This document shows positions 24,901 through 36,874 of a stretch of DNA of 64,000 nucleotides, piece by piece. The notes below the pieces were generated by a model, which saw only the letters and a program-made list of their open reading frames with translations, had not been told where the DNA came from and made no database searches. Each line of letters opens with the position of its first letter. The stretch's first letter is position 1. This DNA comes from Tieghemostelium lacteum. Its lineage: Eukaryota. A program made the position numbers and the translations under genes. The stretch is taken from NCBI GenBank assembly GCA_001606155.1, contig LODT01000016.1, forward strand, positions 385,870-449,869. The letters are read 5' to 3'.

Positions 24901-26188
24901 TATATTTGGAAGACAATTGAAAGGAGTGTTACCAAAGCTGAATATTCTCTACCAAGATTCCATATATCCTGATGTTTTAGAAATTACTTATCAAAGTTAC
25001 ACTTTTATGAGTGGTATAAGAGTTAGATCTAATGTTGGATATGCTAATGTCACTGTAAGATTTAATGACACTCAAACAAATACATTTACCATTTTCACTG
25101 GAAATCCACCTGTTACACCGTCACCTGAATCTCCAAAATGTCAAGGCACACCTGAATGTGGAGGTCCTTCTAATGGGTTGTGTACAGACAGAGGATGTCA
25201 ATGTAAAAGTCCTTGGATTGGACCTACATGTCAATCTCAAATTGTAATCATAACCCCTCCATATATAAACACAACATCACCTACCATTGACAATGATTTC
25301 AATGTTACTTTACCTGATGGTGAAATTGTGTCTTTGAGAAACCTCATTTCCATAGTACAACTTAACGAATACAATTATCAAGGTCAACTGAAATCATCAT
25401 TTCAGTTTACCAGATGGAAATTCACAAATACCACACTTTCAAATCAAACTGATTATCAAGAGTATCTCTATGAATCTGAGATTGCAAATAAGAAATCTAA
25501 TATTACAGTTACCATTCAATACTATAATAAGAAAATGGAAATTACATTTGCCAATGAAAACCTAGTAATGCAACCATCTTCTATAAAGTACAAGATATTT
25601 ATAGATGGATATGCATTTGAAAGTTCACTAAATTATTTGGAATTGGTAATGTCAGTAGCACTGGAATCTTTGGATACTGATGATGACCAATGCTCTCTGT
25701 CACAATTTGGAACTTCAAATGAAGGAGAAAATTCTCAAAATGATTTTGTTAAATTACAAATTGGAGAACATTCACTCTATGGTAGATTCATTAGACGTGG
25801 TATTATAGACGGTAATCGTATAACTAACGTAACTAATAGATTGGTATCTACACAAGATCTAGGACTTAATCCAGTACAACAACAATACTATAAATCACAA
25901 GAATTCATTAGTATGAGAATTCCAAATTTTCATTCCAATTCCACTCTAGATCCTGATTTTAGTGTACTTATTGATACTTCCACCGTAGATAACAAAAATT
26001 CAAATTCAGTATGTTCCAACAATCATTCAAAATCAGGTTTAACTAAATCTAAATTAGCAGGTATCATTATAGGATCCATTTTATTTGCATTAGCAATAGT
26101 CATCATCACCATCTATATAATTAACAAATCTAGAAAACATAAACTTTTCATAAAGAATCTCAATGAAAAGGCACAAGAATTTCAATAA
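21939..26188 (+). CDS. Large type I transmembrane glycoprotein (about 1396 aa) with a membrane-proximal EGF-like module; exons 21939..21996 and 22056..26188
   Basis: Micro-exon ATG at 21939 encodes MVTTIIHKFIYICIIIFHF, then a phase-1 GTAAGT donor at 21997. The acceptor aaaAG at 22054-22055 joins in frame to ORF 22058. The product is a signal peptide, a long N-glycosylation-rich ectodomain, a Cys-rich EGF-like block (CQGTPECGGPSNGLCTDRGCQCKSPWIGPTCQ), TM LAGIIIGSILFALAIVIITIYII and a short basic tail. Confidence 0.55.
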
Positions 26189-26200
26189 AATATAGTTTAA

Positions 26201-27561
26201 TTAGTTAATTTTAGTTTTCTTTTTTATAGATTGTAAGTCAGTTATATCTTCTTCAATTTCTTCTTCAATCTCATCTTCTCCTCTCTCTTCCTCTCCATTA
26301 CCTTCGTTATTCTCATTATTTTGATTATCTTGATTTTGATTATCTTGATTAATGTCATTGTCTTGTGGTGGTGGAGGTGATTGTGGTTGATCTACAGGAT
26401 GAACTCTTTCATAAGCTTCATTATCGGAATCAGTATAGATAACTTGTCTAATTGAATAATCATGATTATGTTGACGTCTTAGAGATTCACATAATGTTCT
26501 ATCAATTGAAAATTCAGCACACATATTAGCAATAGTTTTATACTTTTGTGTAAGTACTCTATATCTTGATCTAACTGAGAAATTATCTCTTTTTGATGCA
26601 AAATACTCTTCAGATATCATTTTCCATTTGTTTACATTATCTCTATAAATTAGATACCCTTTAATAACCTTTACTGAATCTTGTTCATTCCATTCAACTC
26701 TCTCTCTTTTTATCTTTGTCTTATTATCGTTACTATTATTATTATTATTATTGTTATTGTTATTACTATTTTTATTAGGTAGGTTTGTATTTTTGTTTGT
26801 GTTTTTATTTGTATTTGAAGAATCTTTCGGAGATGGTAAATTATAGGGATCTTCTTCCTCTTCATGGTCTTGTTCGTTTAAGTTATTTGAATTTGTAGTA
26901 GTTTGGTTTGATAATTGTTTCATTTTTGTAATATCAAAAGGTTCATAACCAAAACCTTGATAGAAAATGTAATTTGGTTGATTTGGGTATTTTTCTAATG
27001 GTAATGGTAACATGTTTGTAAATTTACCAACAAACTCTTTTATATCATTACCAAGACTTGAAGGACTTTGGTAATCAGGTAAATCATTCTTTTGTTTCAG
27101 ATATAGTTCCAGTATTCTTTTAATAGATGTATCTGTAGCCTTATCCTTTATAGATATCTTCCCCTCTATAAATTGTTGAAAAGTTTCACTATTCTTAATA
27201 TTTCCACTTTTTTCTATCAAAACCAGTATTCTAAATATCAAATTTAACAAATGTTTGTACATATCCTCACTATTTGTGAAAAAAGGTGAAGCTTTGAGAC
27301 TATACAATAATGTGGAATCCTAATATATATATATATTAATATGATATGATACTAAATTCTATTCTTAGTACATACTAAATCATTAATCTCAGCATCTTCG
27401 TAATTTGTTTCGGAAATGACCGATAACCAATATAACAAATGTAATATCGAGGAAAATGGAGATTTTGATAATCCAATTTTATTGTACATTGCAGAAACAA
27501 TTGAATAGTCTCTTTCTACAAAATAGTAATGCACATGTTTTGCTAGTGTATCTCTTTCCAT
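26201..27561 (-). CDS. Myb/SANT-like DNA-binding protein, paralog 1; exons 27376..27561 and 26201..27319 (intron 27320..27375)
   Basis: Myb-like tryptophan repeat (VEWNEQDSVKVIKGYLIYRDNVNKWKMISEEYF...VRSRYRVL). GTATGT donor after ...EINDL. The acceptor tattAG gives an in-frame junction into ORF 26201..27307. The exon structure matches the paralog downstream. Confidence 0.55.
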
Positions 27562-27627
27562 TTATCTCTTGTGGATTTAGGCGCAATTTTTAAAAAAACA
27601 AAATTTATTTTTTGCACAATTTGCCAT

Positions 27628-29201
27628 TTATTTCTTTTTAGATTTATATTTCTTAGTTTTAGGCTTATGTTTTTCCTCTTCACTACTTGATTCCTTTTTA
27701 TCATCAAATTTATCTTCCTTTTCTTTAGATTTTGAAGTTGTATTACTAGATTCATTTTCAATAACTACTTTATCATCGTCATTGGTGGATAAATCAACAT
27801 CTTCTACTTCAAGTTTTCTTTTTTTATCTCTATCTCTATCTTTAGGAGGTTGTGGTTTGGTAGCTATTGATTCTTCAATCTCTTTACTTTTATTATTTTC
27901 ATTTCCACTTTTTTCAATTTCTTCATCTTCACTATCTTCATTAAAGATCAATGGAACCTTATGTTTGTTACTACTTGGTTTCTTTCTGACCGATGCAGAT
28001 CTAGTTAAAGGTTTCCTTATTTTACTTGTATTATAACGATCATCAATTTCACATCTATCTTCTCCGATATCTAATTCTTTTTCTATAATTTCACTTGGAT
28101 GATCTTTAGCATATCTATTAAATTCAGCAATATCATCTTCAGTATATGTTATATTGAAATGATGATATCTATTATGAACACGTCTACTAAATTCCAAAGG
28201 TGCTCTATCAATATTAAATTTCTCACAAAGATCCTTCAAATTCTTGTGGTAACCTATTAACACTCGGTATCTGGAACGCACCTGATGGTTGGCAAGATTA
28301 TTTTTAAACATATTCTGTGAGATTAATGCCCATTTATATGGATTATCTCTATAAATAACATAACCTTTAATAACCTTTACTGTATCTATCTCTGTCCAAA
28401 TATGTCTTTTTACACCTTCTTTTTCATCTTCATCTTCATCTTCATCAATACTATCATTATTATTATTTTTACTATTTCTCTTTGTGGGAGTAATTGTATG
28501 TTGTGGTGTTTGTACTATATCTAGTATCTCAGAGACATCAAATTCTTTATCACCAAAACCTTGAAAGAATTTATAATATGGTTGATTTTTATTCGTTTCA
28601 AGAGGTTGAGGTAACATTAATCTAAATTGTTCTACAAAATTACTAATAGCATTTTGTAAATCTTCAATACTATTCAATTCTGCAGACTCTTTCTTTTTAA
28701 ATTCTTTTAGTAAAGAGGTAAGTTCTTCAACAGTTGGGTCATCTGAAAACCAATATCGAAAATTACCTTCAATGAAACTCTTATATCCAACAGGAGGTTT
28801 CTGATCTCCTAATCTATCACCAATAATATTTAATGTTCTAAACAGAACATTTCTAAAATTTTTTGACATTACTCCACTACGTCCAAAATAGTTGACAAGT
28901 GGTATGATATCATTAAGTAAGTTTTCCTACATGAGAGAGAGAGAGTGAATGAGTAATAGTAACTATTGATCAAATATAGTCAATTACTTACAAGAACCTC
29001 TGTGATTGTGGTATTGTTAGTTGGTATTGGATAGTGTATATACTTTTCGTGTATCTTTGCCATTTCCAATAACAACACAACAATGGATTGAAATTTAGTT
29101 TTACTGTTTACATATCCTATAATTGATTCTTCTTTTGTTGTAATGTATATATAATCCTTATCATAAAAATTATAATGAATAATGGATGAAAATTTATCCA
29201 T
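27628..29201 (-). CDS. Myb/SANT-like DNA-binding protein, paralog 2; exons 28992..29201 and 27628..28926 (intron 28927..28991)
   Basis: Myb-like repeat (HIWTEIDTVKVIKGYVIYRDNPYKWALISQNMF...VRSRYRVL). GTAAGT donor after ...TEVL. The acceptor tgtAG continues ENLLNDIIPLVNYFGRSGVMSKNF... in frame. Exon 1 (HYNFYDKDYIYIT...SIVVLLLEMAK) is similar to exon 1 of paralog 1 (HYYFVERDYSIVS...SILHLLYWLSV). Confidence 0.55.
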
Positions 29202-29297
29202 GATCTTTCAATGATTAATTTGATAATAAAAAATTTTTATTTTTATTTGAATTTGTTTAACCAACTGTAAAATTTTTAAATACAAAATCTATATCAG

Positions 29298-29316
29298 GTT
29301 TGGGGGTGTGTGTTGA
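29298..29316. promoter_or_regulatory. G-box/CAE-like element tttgggggtgtgtgttgag, 100 bp upstream of the Myb paralog 2 start (minus strand)
   Basis: A GC island in an AT-rich promoter, seen directly. Confidence 0.3.
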
Positions 29317-29411
29317 GATAATTACACTTTTGATTTTCAGAATTTGAAATCATCTTGAAGAAAAAGATGATATATAGAAAGACTTATAAACACTTTGGAA
29401 TTTCCTATTTT

Positions 29412-30056
29412 TTATAAGATATTCCATTTACCTGTGTATCTGTAGTTTGTAAGTACGTTATGAATAGTACGTCTTACTTTAGGATCAGAATCGTTATGCA
29501 TAGATTCAAGTGTGGAAATGACTTGACCTTCTCTCCAGTTGGGTGAACCGTCACAGAGATCGTGAATGACTTGGTATCTGACTTTAGGGTCTGGGTCAGT
29601 TGACATTTCCATTATTCTAGTCCAAAGTTGATCAATATCAGCTTTGACTTTACATGGACACATGGTTCTGAGAGTTTGAATTCTAATTGATGGGTTAGAG
29701 TGTCTTGTTAATTCAATGTATTGGTCCATTGAGAGGTTAGGGTCAGATGGTGACAGTTCTCTATTGGATATCTCACATACTAAATGTGATTTGGATTTAG
29801 ATGGTGATGAGGATTGGAATTGAAGAGCACCTTTCTTTCTAAGTATGCTAACTAATTGGTCAACAACTCTATTGGCTTCATTGGAATCTGTTATAATTTC
29901 AAAATCATTTAATAAAGATTGAATAATTTGTTCTTTCATTTCAGATTCGGATTCGGATTCTGATATTAAACCTTCTAAGTACCTAATGGTATCTTGTTCT
30001 AAGGTATCCTTGTATTCTACAAATGATTCATTAATTGAATCAATAATAATCGTCAT
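29412..30056 (-). CDS. Hypothetical protein with HEAT-like repeats
   Basis: A single ORF with repeated D-P-K-V-R helical-repeat signatures (DPDPKVRYQVIHDLCDG, DSDPKVRRTIHNVL, SNPSIRIQTLRTMCP). Confidence 0.45.
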   Translation of the reverse strand: MTIIIDSINESFVEYKDTLEQDTIRYLEGLISESESESEMKEQIIQSLLNDFEIITDSNEANRVVDQLVSILRKKGALQFQSSSPSKSKSHLVCEISNRELSPSDPNLSMDQYIELTRHSNPSIRIQTLRTMCPCKVKADIDQLWTRIMEMSTDPDPKVRYQVIHDLCDGSPNWREGQVISTLESMHNDSDPKVRRTIHNVLTNYRYTGKWNIL

Positions 30057-30583
30057 ATTTAACTAAATAATTTAAACTTTTAATAATAATGAAATAACTA
30101 AAATTCATTTTTAAGTTTTATACTTTCCCCACAAACACACTTTGAAAATAAAAATTTGAGAATAAGCGAAATTGAAGAGAAATTCAAAGAAAATGTTATG
30201 AAATATAAAATCAAGTGGTTATTAGTTGAAAATTGGAAGAAAATAGTAATTAATAAATGTATCAATCTTAAGAATTGTGATTTTATTAAAGAATCATCAA
30301 AAATTAAAAATTTTTTAATTGAGGTTACAAATTTAAATATCAGATTTTCAGAAGATCTTATTGAGTCGATTTCTTTTTTCAATTCTGTGCAGAATAAAAA
30401 TATTTTTTTTTATTTTTTTTTTTAAACTTACCCACCACAAATAAGAGTTATTACTGCGTTATATATATAACACAAACTAAAATTATATGAAGGGCTGGCG
30501 TGATTTTTAAATAACATTATTCTAAAACTAAAGCAAAGATAATATCAGAGATTGAATCACATCTAATATAGTTATCAGAAATA

Positions 30584-32214
30584 ATGAATATGTTTATATT
30601 TTTGAAAACAACAAAACAATGGACTGTACTTTTAGTTCTAAGTGGTTGCATAGGAATCATTGCGCCAACGTTGATTATCACAGCATTTGCATTCTTTGAT
30701 CCTTCTATAATGATTGTCAGAATATCTGTTCTACAAGATTACAATGCGCATGTTAGAGTATGTACTATTAATTAGATAACGTTAGAGAATGTTGTATATT
30801 AATGGTTATTATGTAGATGTGGGAGACTAGATATAGATCTGAATTTCAGGAATATAATTATTATCTAGTGTCAAATACTAGTATTTCGCAGGTTGAATTT
30901 AGTTCTAGTTCAAGTTCAAGTTCAACAAATGCAGATGACTTCTTTCCAATTAATCAATTAATGGATGATGACAATGAGGATAGTAAGAGTGTTGAAGATG
31001 GTGAATCTATGGGAAGATTTTTATTTTCAATGGATAATGTGAATTCAGATAGTAATAGTAGTAGTAATAGTAGTAGTAATAGTAGTAGTAATAGTAGTAG
31101 TAGTAGTGATAAGATTAAAGCTCTTAGACTTAATAGTACTGAGGATATTGCACATATAACATTCCCAACAACAGAAATGATAAGGATTTATATTCCATTG
31201 GCATATGTAGGAGATATATCTGGATTTTTACCTAACCATGTAGATCTACTTACTATAGTATCAATATCTATAAAATTACAATTATATGCTAAACATAGAC
31301 AAGATAATACCATTGTACATGTTGGTGAAATTAATTTAGATATTCTCAACTATTGTACGAGTAATTGTAGTTCCCATGATAATATTCAAACTCGTAATTC
31401 AAGTTCCACAACTGGAACACCAATGATTAGTAATAGTGGATCTGCACGTACTTATTACCTTATAAACTCAGCTTGTTTTGTAGTTGATGGAACTAGACTA
31501 TCTGACGAACCTTGTGAATACAATCAACCTAATAATACTACATATTCCACCATCTTATTAGACGAAAATAATCCAAAGTTAAATATAACTCAACCACAAT
31601 TTATATTAAAAAGTAGAGATGATCCTTATTTACTAGCTGGTTCATTGACTGATGGTTCTTATTCATTTGTAATGAGACAAGATCAACAGAGTAGGTTTGG
31701 TATAATATTTATAGTCTCTGGATCCTTGTGTAGTGCGGTATTTGCAATTCTGGTTGTAATTTTAATCAAATCCAAACGATTTATAAGTGATAAAAAATGT
31801 CAAGAAAGTGAAATGGATGAGATACCATCACAAAACAGTAGTGTTAATAATAGTAATAGTAGTATAATTCAACATCACCACCATCATCATCACAGCCAAA
31901 GTAATATTAATAATAATGTACAAAATATCATTGAGAATTTTGCTCAAGATACTGACGATGATGTCAGTAATCTAAATATGGACTCTGAAGAACAATCAGA
32001 TAGAGTTATATTAGATATCAATAATGACAATCAAAGTAATAGTAATCCGAATTTAAATACACACGTGCAACATCAACATTATCATCATCAACACACAAAT
32101 AGTAATAATAATTTATCGGAATCAGATGACACCAGTAGCAGTAATAGTAGTACCCACAGACTAACTTTTACAAACGAACTTAATCGTCGGACAAATTCTC
32201 CTCCTGATCATTAG
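30584..32214 (+). CDS. Ser/Asn/His-rich two-TM membrane protein; exons 30584..30757 and 30817..32214 (intron 30758..30816)
   Basis: Phase-0 GTATGT donor at 30758 with AG at 30815-30816, in frame with ORF 30817. It has an N-terminal TM, a second TM (FGIIFIVSGSLCSAVFAILVVILI), and poly-Ser and poly-His tracts. Confidence 0.45.
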
Positions 32215-32465
32215 TAATTTTATATTTATTCAATAATATAACCCCCATCGCTTATTAATTTTTTTTTTCAAAATAACAATGGGACTAATAACAGATTAAA
32301 ATAATAACAATCAACCAAACTGATTCAAAAATCAACTTACAGAAATAATGTACATATAATTATATATTTATTACATTCTTCAATTTGAAGAAAATGCAGA
32401 GGATAAAATCTTCTAGTCCCACCAATCCCTATCAATCTAAAATTTAATAAACATTATATTAAATT

Positions 32466-35400
32466 TTATTTCTTAGATTTTTTATATTTCCTTTTGGTGG
32501 TTTCATCATTATTAATAGTATCTTGGGGAACATTATCTTCCTCAATAAATGCTGTTTTTGCTAAATTCTTTTTAATTACAACACCACTTGGTCTTTGAGG
32601 TGGTTCTTGTTCATTTGACCCCTCTCCATTATCCTCAATAGCATTATCATTTGGTTTTAAACCAGGTTTCTTTTTAATTACTAATGCAACTGGTTTCTTT
32701 GGTGGTGATTGATCTGGTTGATTCTCATCATCCTCTTCCAATTGTCTCTTCTTTGAATTATTCTTTTTTACTAATTTTGAAGGTTTTGATGGAGTGGAAG
32801 AAACTGTTTCATCTTCAGGTTCTTCATCTTCAGGTTCTTCATCTACCTGTTCACCCTCACCACTATTCTCCGAATCTACATCTTTTGATTGTTTCTTTTT
32901 AGCAGCAGGCTTCTTTTTTCTTGGTGATGCAGAAGGTTTCTTTACAGTTTTTTTCTTTGTTACTCTTGGTTTGAATACAGTTCTAATTAATTCTCCATCT
33001 GAATCAATTTGCTCATCCTCATCAGAAGATGGTTCCACAGGTACCTGCTTTTTCTTTCTTTTGGATGCAGATGTTGTAGATTTTGATCTTGTAGTTGTTG
33101 TATTTGAACTATCATTATTATTATTGTTATTATTATTATTAATGTTGTTTTTTCTTCTTAGAATTGATTGTATAGCTTGATCAAGTCTTTTACTCTTTAA
33201 CTTTTGTTTAAGTGGGGTACCTTGTGAAATTAATAGAGATGCAATTTGATCTGAGGATTGTTGATCTTTATCATTCATTTGCTGTATAATTGGAACTAAT
33301 AGGAAATCAGTTCTTGCTGGATCCCAATCAAATTTTTCACTTGCAAGTTGTCTGAGCGCATCTAAGTCTGGACAACTCCATTTAAATTTCTCATTGGATT
33401 TGTTTACATCTGGTGAGATATAGGCATTTCTAACCATTTCCGAAGGAAAACTATCAGGAATCTTAAACTTTTTTCTATAAGATCTAAATGTAGGGTGTTC
33501 ATTTACTTTGGAGTTACCCATCATAAACTCTTTAAATTCTTTCAAATCTTTAAATTCTGATAGAATCTCAATTGCATTTACAACACCTACACCTTTAATA
33601 CCTTCACAATAATCACTACCCAATAATAACGCCAAATTGATTAGATCATCTCTATTTAGACCTATAGTACCTTCAATATCCTTCATTGTGAATCTCTCTG
33701 GTTTATATTTACTATTAAATATATATTTGTAAATAACTGAATTTCCACTACCAAATAGCAACACATCAGAATCTTCAGTTACAATCCCATCACATAGACC
33801 CAAATCAAATAACTGTGCACATTGTGCTTCTGCCTCTGTTGGTGATGTTATATAAGGTATACCAAATAACCTGAGTAATTGTTTACATTCATTCAAAATA
33901 TCATCATTTATAGATTGGATAGTCTTTGTCTGGTGAAGAATATCAGTGTGAATCTTTACAGTTTCCAATTCGAGTTCTTTCTCTATTTGAATTCTCTCCC
34001 TACTAGTAAACTTTGGAAATTTATATTCACTACTAGTATTTATCGTAGAATTATTGCTCTGTGATACTTCTTCCTCTACTTCCTGAGTGTTATTGTTATT
34101 TTCATTTACAACTATACTATCATCAAGAACTACATTGGTATCATCAACAATTTCGGAGATGTTTAATGTATCTGTATCGTTTTGATTTACTATTACTTCT
34201 TCTGTATTTTCTTTTGGCTTTTCAACATCATCTTCATCTTCTATAATGAAACCACCCCTAATGTCATATTCAATTTCTTTTGATTTATCATTTTCATCAT
34301 CCTCCACTATAAAACCGCCTCTAATTTCTACATCCTCTTTCGTACTTGGCTCGTTTAATTCGGCTAGTTGAATTATATTCTGTTTTGAATCATCAATGTT
34401 ATCATTAAATAAAAATGGTTTTGGAGGTTGTGGTTCTTCAATTTCGTTTTCAGATTCAATTTGTATTGTTTCTCCAAAAATGGTTTTAGAGGTTGCAGTT
34501 TTTGCAGTTGAATCTGATGTATAATTCATTATATCATCTTCATCTTCATCTGAATCGGATTCTATATCGAAACCAGTATTAGTGGGAATTGGCTTAGAAT
34601 TATTATCAAGAAAATCCATTATATCATCCTCTTCTTCATAAACTGGCTTTGATGTCTGATTAGAACTTTGTTGTGACAGTATGGATAGTGAAGAAACAGT
34701 AGAAGTAGTAACACTTGAAGACTTCTTCAATACTTTTTGATTCTTATTTTTAGATACATAATCAAAAGAGGTATTGAATGAGTCTAAATTATAATTATCA
34801 TTCTGTTGATTATTATTACCAAAATCAATGTCATCATCACTATCAATATTATTAATAGGCTCTGTTGTTGGGTTTGGTGTATTCTGTTTTGTAGTGCTAA
34901 TAGATGCAAAAGGTGATGGTAAAACTACAGTTTTACCATTCGATTTCCTATTGATAATGGAATTAAATTTAATGTGGTTATCAGATTGTTGTGGTGTCAA
35001 CATAAATGAAGAACCAGTTTTTATAACATGGGTATTGGTATTAAAATGGCTTTGTACATTAGCTGCCTTCTTTTTACCAAATGTGAAACCTTTAGTAACT
35101 ACAGATGCATCATTATTATTATTATTATTATTATTCTTATTATAATTATTATTATTATTATTGGGTGTATTTTGAATTTTTAAAGATAATGGTGAGTCTT
35201 TAGAAAGTGTAACTGGGTCGGATTTAGTTGGAGTTCCTTTTTGAAATATTACTGTGGTATTGTCACTGGCATTTTTAATGTTTTTGCCATCTTTTAAAGC
35301 AGCTTCTGAGATAGACTGAATCTTTCTAGTTAATTTACCCTTGTCTAGAAGAGAAAGAATTTGTCTAGCTGAGAAATCAATAGGTGTTTTGGAATGTGTT

Positions 35401-36249
35401 GTTATATTCATGATTTTATCTTCAAGTTTCTTTTCAGATTTTAGTTGTTCCAAAACCTCTATCTGTAAGTCATATGGTAACTCTTTAAAAACATCACTTT
35501 CAATGGTATCTCTATTAATACCATTCATTATTAGAAATTGACTTCTATCATGATGTTGAAATAAATTAATATCACCAGACTCTTCATCACTGGTATCAAC
35601 CTCTTTATCGTTATTTGTAGATAGTGAAACCACTTTATCAGGTTGATTATCAATATCAATTGGTTCATTCCCAGTTTCAGTATCCATCTGCTGCTGTTGT
35701 TGAGATAATATATAATCAGGATCATCTATATCTTGAGGTACATGTATTACCTCTAAATCACTATCTAAATCAATCTCACCAAATTCATATTCATCTTCAT
35801 TCTCCTCATTATCCAAAGCTTCAATCTTTTTCTTTATAGTATTTAAAAGTAATAACTTTCTAGCTTTCTTTTCAATCTGATCTTGAGTATTAAGTTTACG
35901 TTTTCTTCTTTCTTCCTATTTAACTAGTTAGTGAATGTCATTGATATATCAATTTTAAAGTGCATGACAATTTCCCCTAACATACCACAGTTTTTTTCTT
36001 TAAAAATGGAATTTCACCATCAAATACAAATATAGGTTTAATCCTCAGTGATAGTAATCTACATATTCTTCTAAAGAAACCTAGTAAATGTGCATTCGGA
36101 AGAGGTTCACCTTTATCATTTTTCATTGTCCTAATAAATGAATAGATCCAAATACTGGCATCTATAGATAAAACTTTATTTCTTAAAGAGCTTACATCTA
36201 TATTACTACCAGAGGGTTGAACAAGTTCCCAAAGTTTTGGAACACCCAT
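32466..36249 (-). CDS. ercc5: DNA repair endonuclease XPG/Rad2 (ERCC5 homologue), about 1237 aa; exons 35986..36249 and 32466..35915 (intron 35916..35985)
   Basis: XPG-N domain in exon 1 (MGVPKLWELVQP...LSIDASIWIY...IFVFDGE.P.LKKKTV). GTATGT donor with AG at 35916. XPG-I/H3TH region in exon 2 (ITSPTEAEAQCA..DGIVTEDSDVLLFG...LLGSDYCEGIKGVG). Long acidic/basic spacer and KK-rich C-terminus as in XPG. Confidence 0.8.
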
Positions 36250-36874
36250 TTAATTTTAATCTTCTCCTCTTGGTTTCAAATTTAAAATAAAAATGGGAAA
36301 AAATTCCTATTTCTTGGAAAATTTTGATTTGAATTTGTGTTCATATTAAATTAAATTCAAATAATCTCCTATTTTATAATATTGGAACGATAGGAGTGCT
36401 CAATCTGTAAATTGTAAATATTAATTCAATTAAATTAATTAATTTAAATATTATTAAGGATATATCTGGTAATCTTAGTGGGAATTCAAACCAATTGAGA
36501 ATTGATTTGATTATAACCTTATCTCCGGTTCAAATAAAATCTCATCTGCCTTTATTTGTTTTGTAAAAACAAAAAAATATCAAATGATGATAAGTTGGTG
36601 ATAAAAAAAACTGAAATGAGAGCTCCTAAAATAAACAAATCAAAAAAAAAAAAGTTTGTTTGTAAAATTTTTTTGATTTTTCTGTAACCATCAACACCAC
36701 ACACAATTAACAAAACAGCCTGTATTGACAATTAATCAATAAGCAATTGGATTTTCATCTATTCATTATGTTAATGAAAATTAAAAAAAAACTAAATTAA
36801 ACGCACACACATATAGCTATATCCAATCAACACCAATCTCTCACTCTTATTTTCTATTTACTATAGCTTTATAA

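Noticed and set aside
30098-30425. ORFs 30098..30382 (-) and 30156..30425 (+)
   Set aside because: They overlap each other on opposite strands in pure A/T divergent-promoter DNA between the HEAT-like gene and the 30584 gene. The translations are low-complexity (K/I/F/N) and typical of AT-rich noise.
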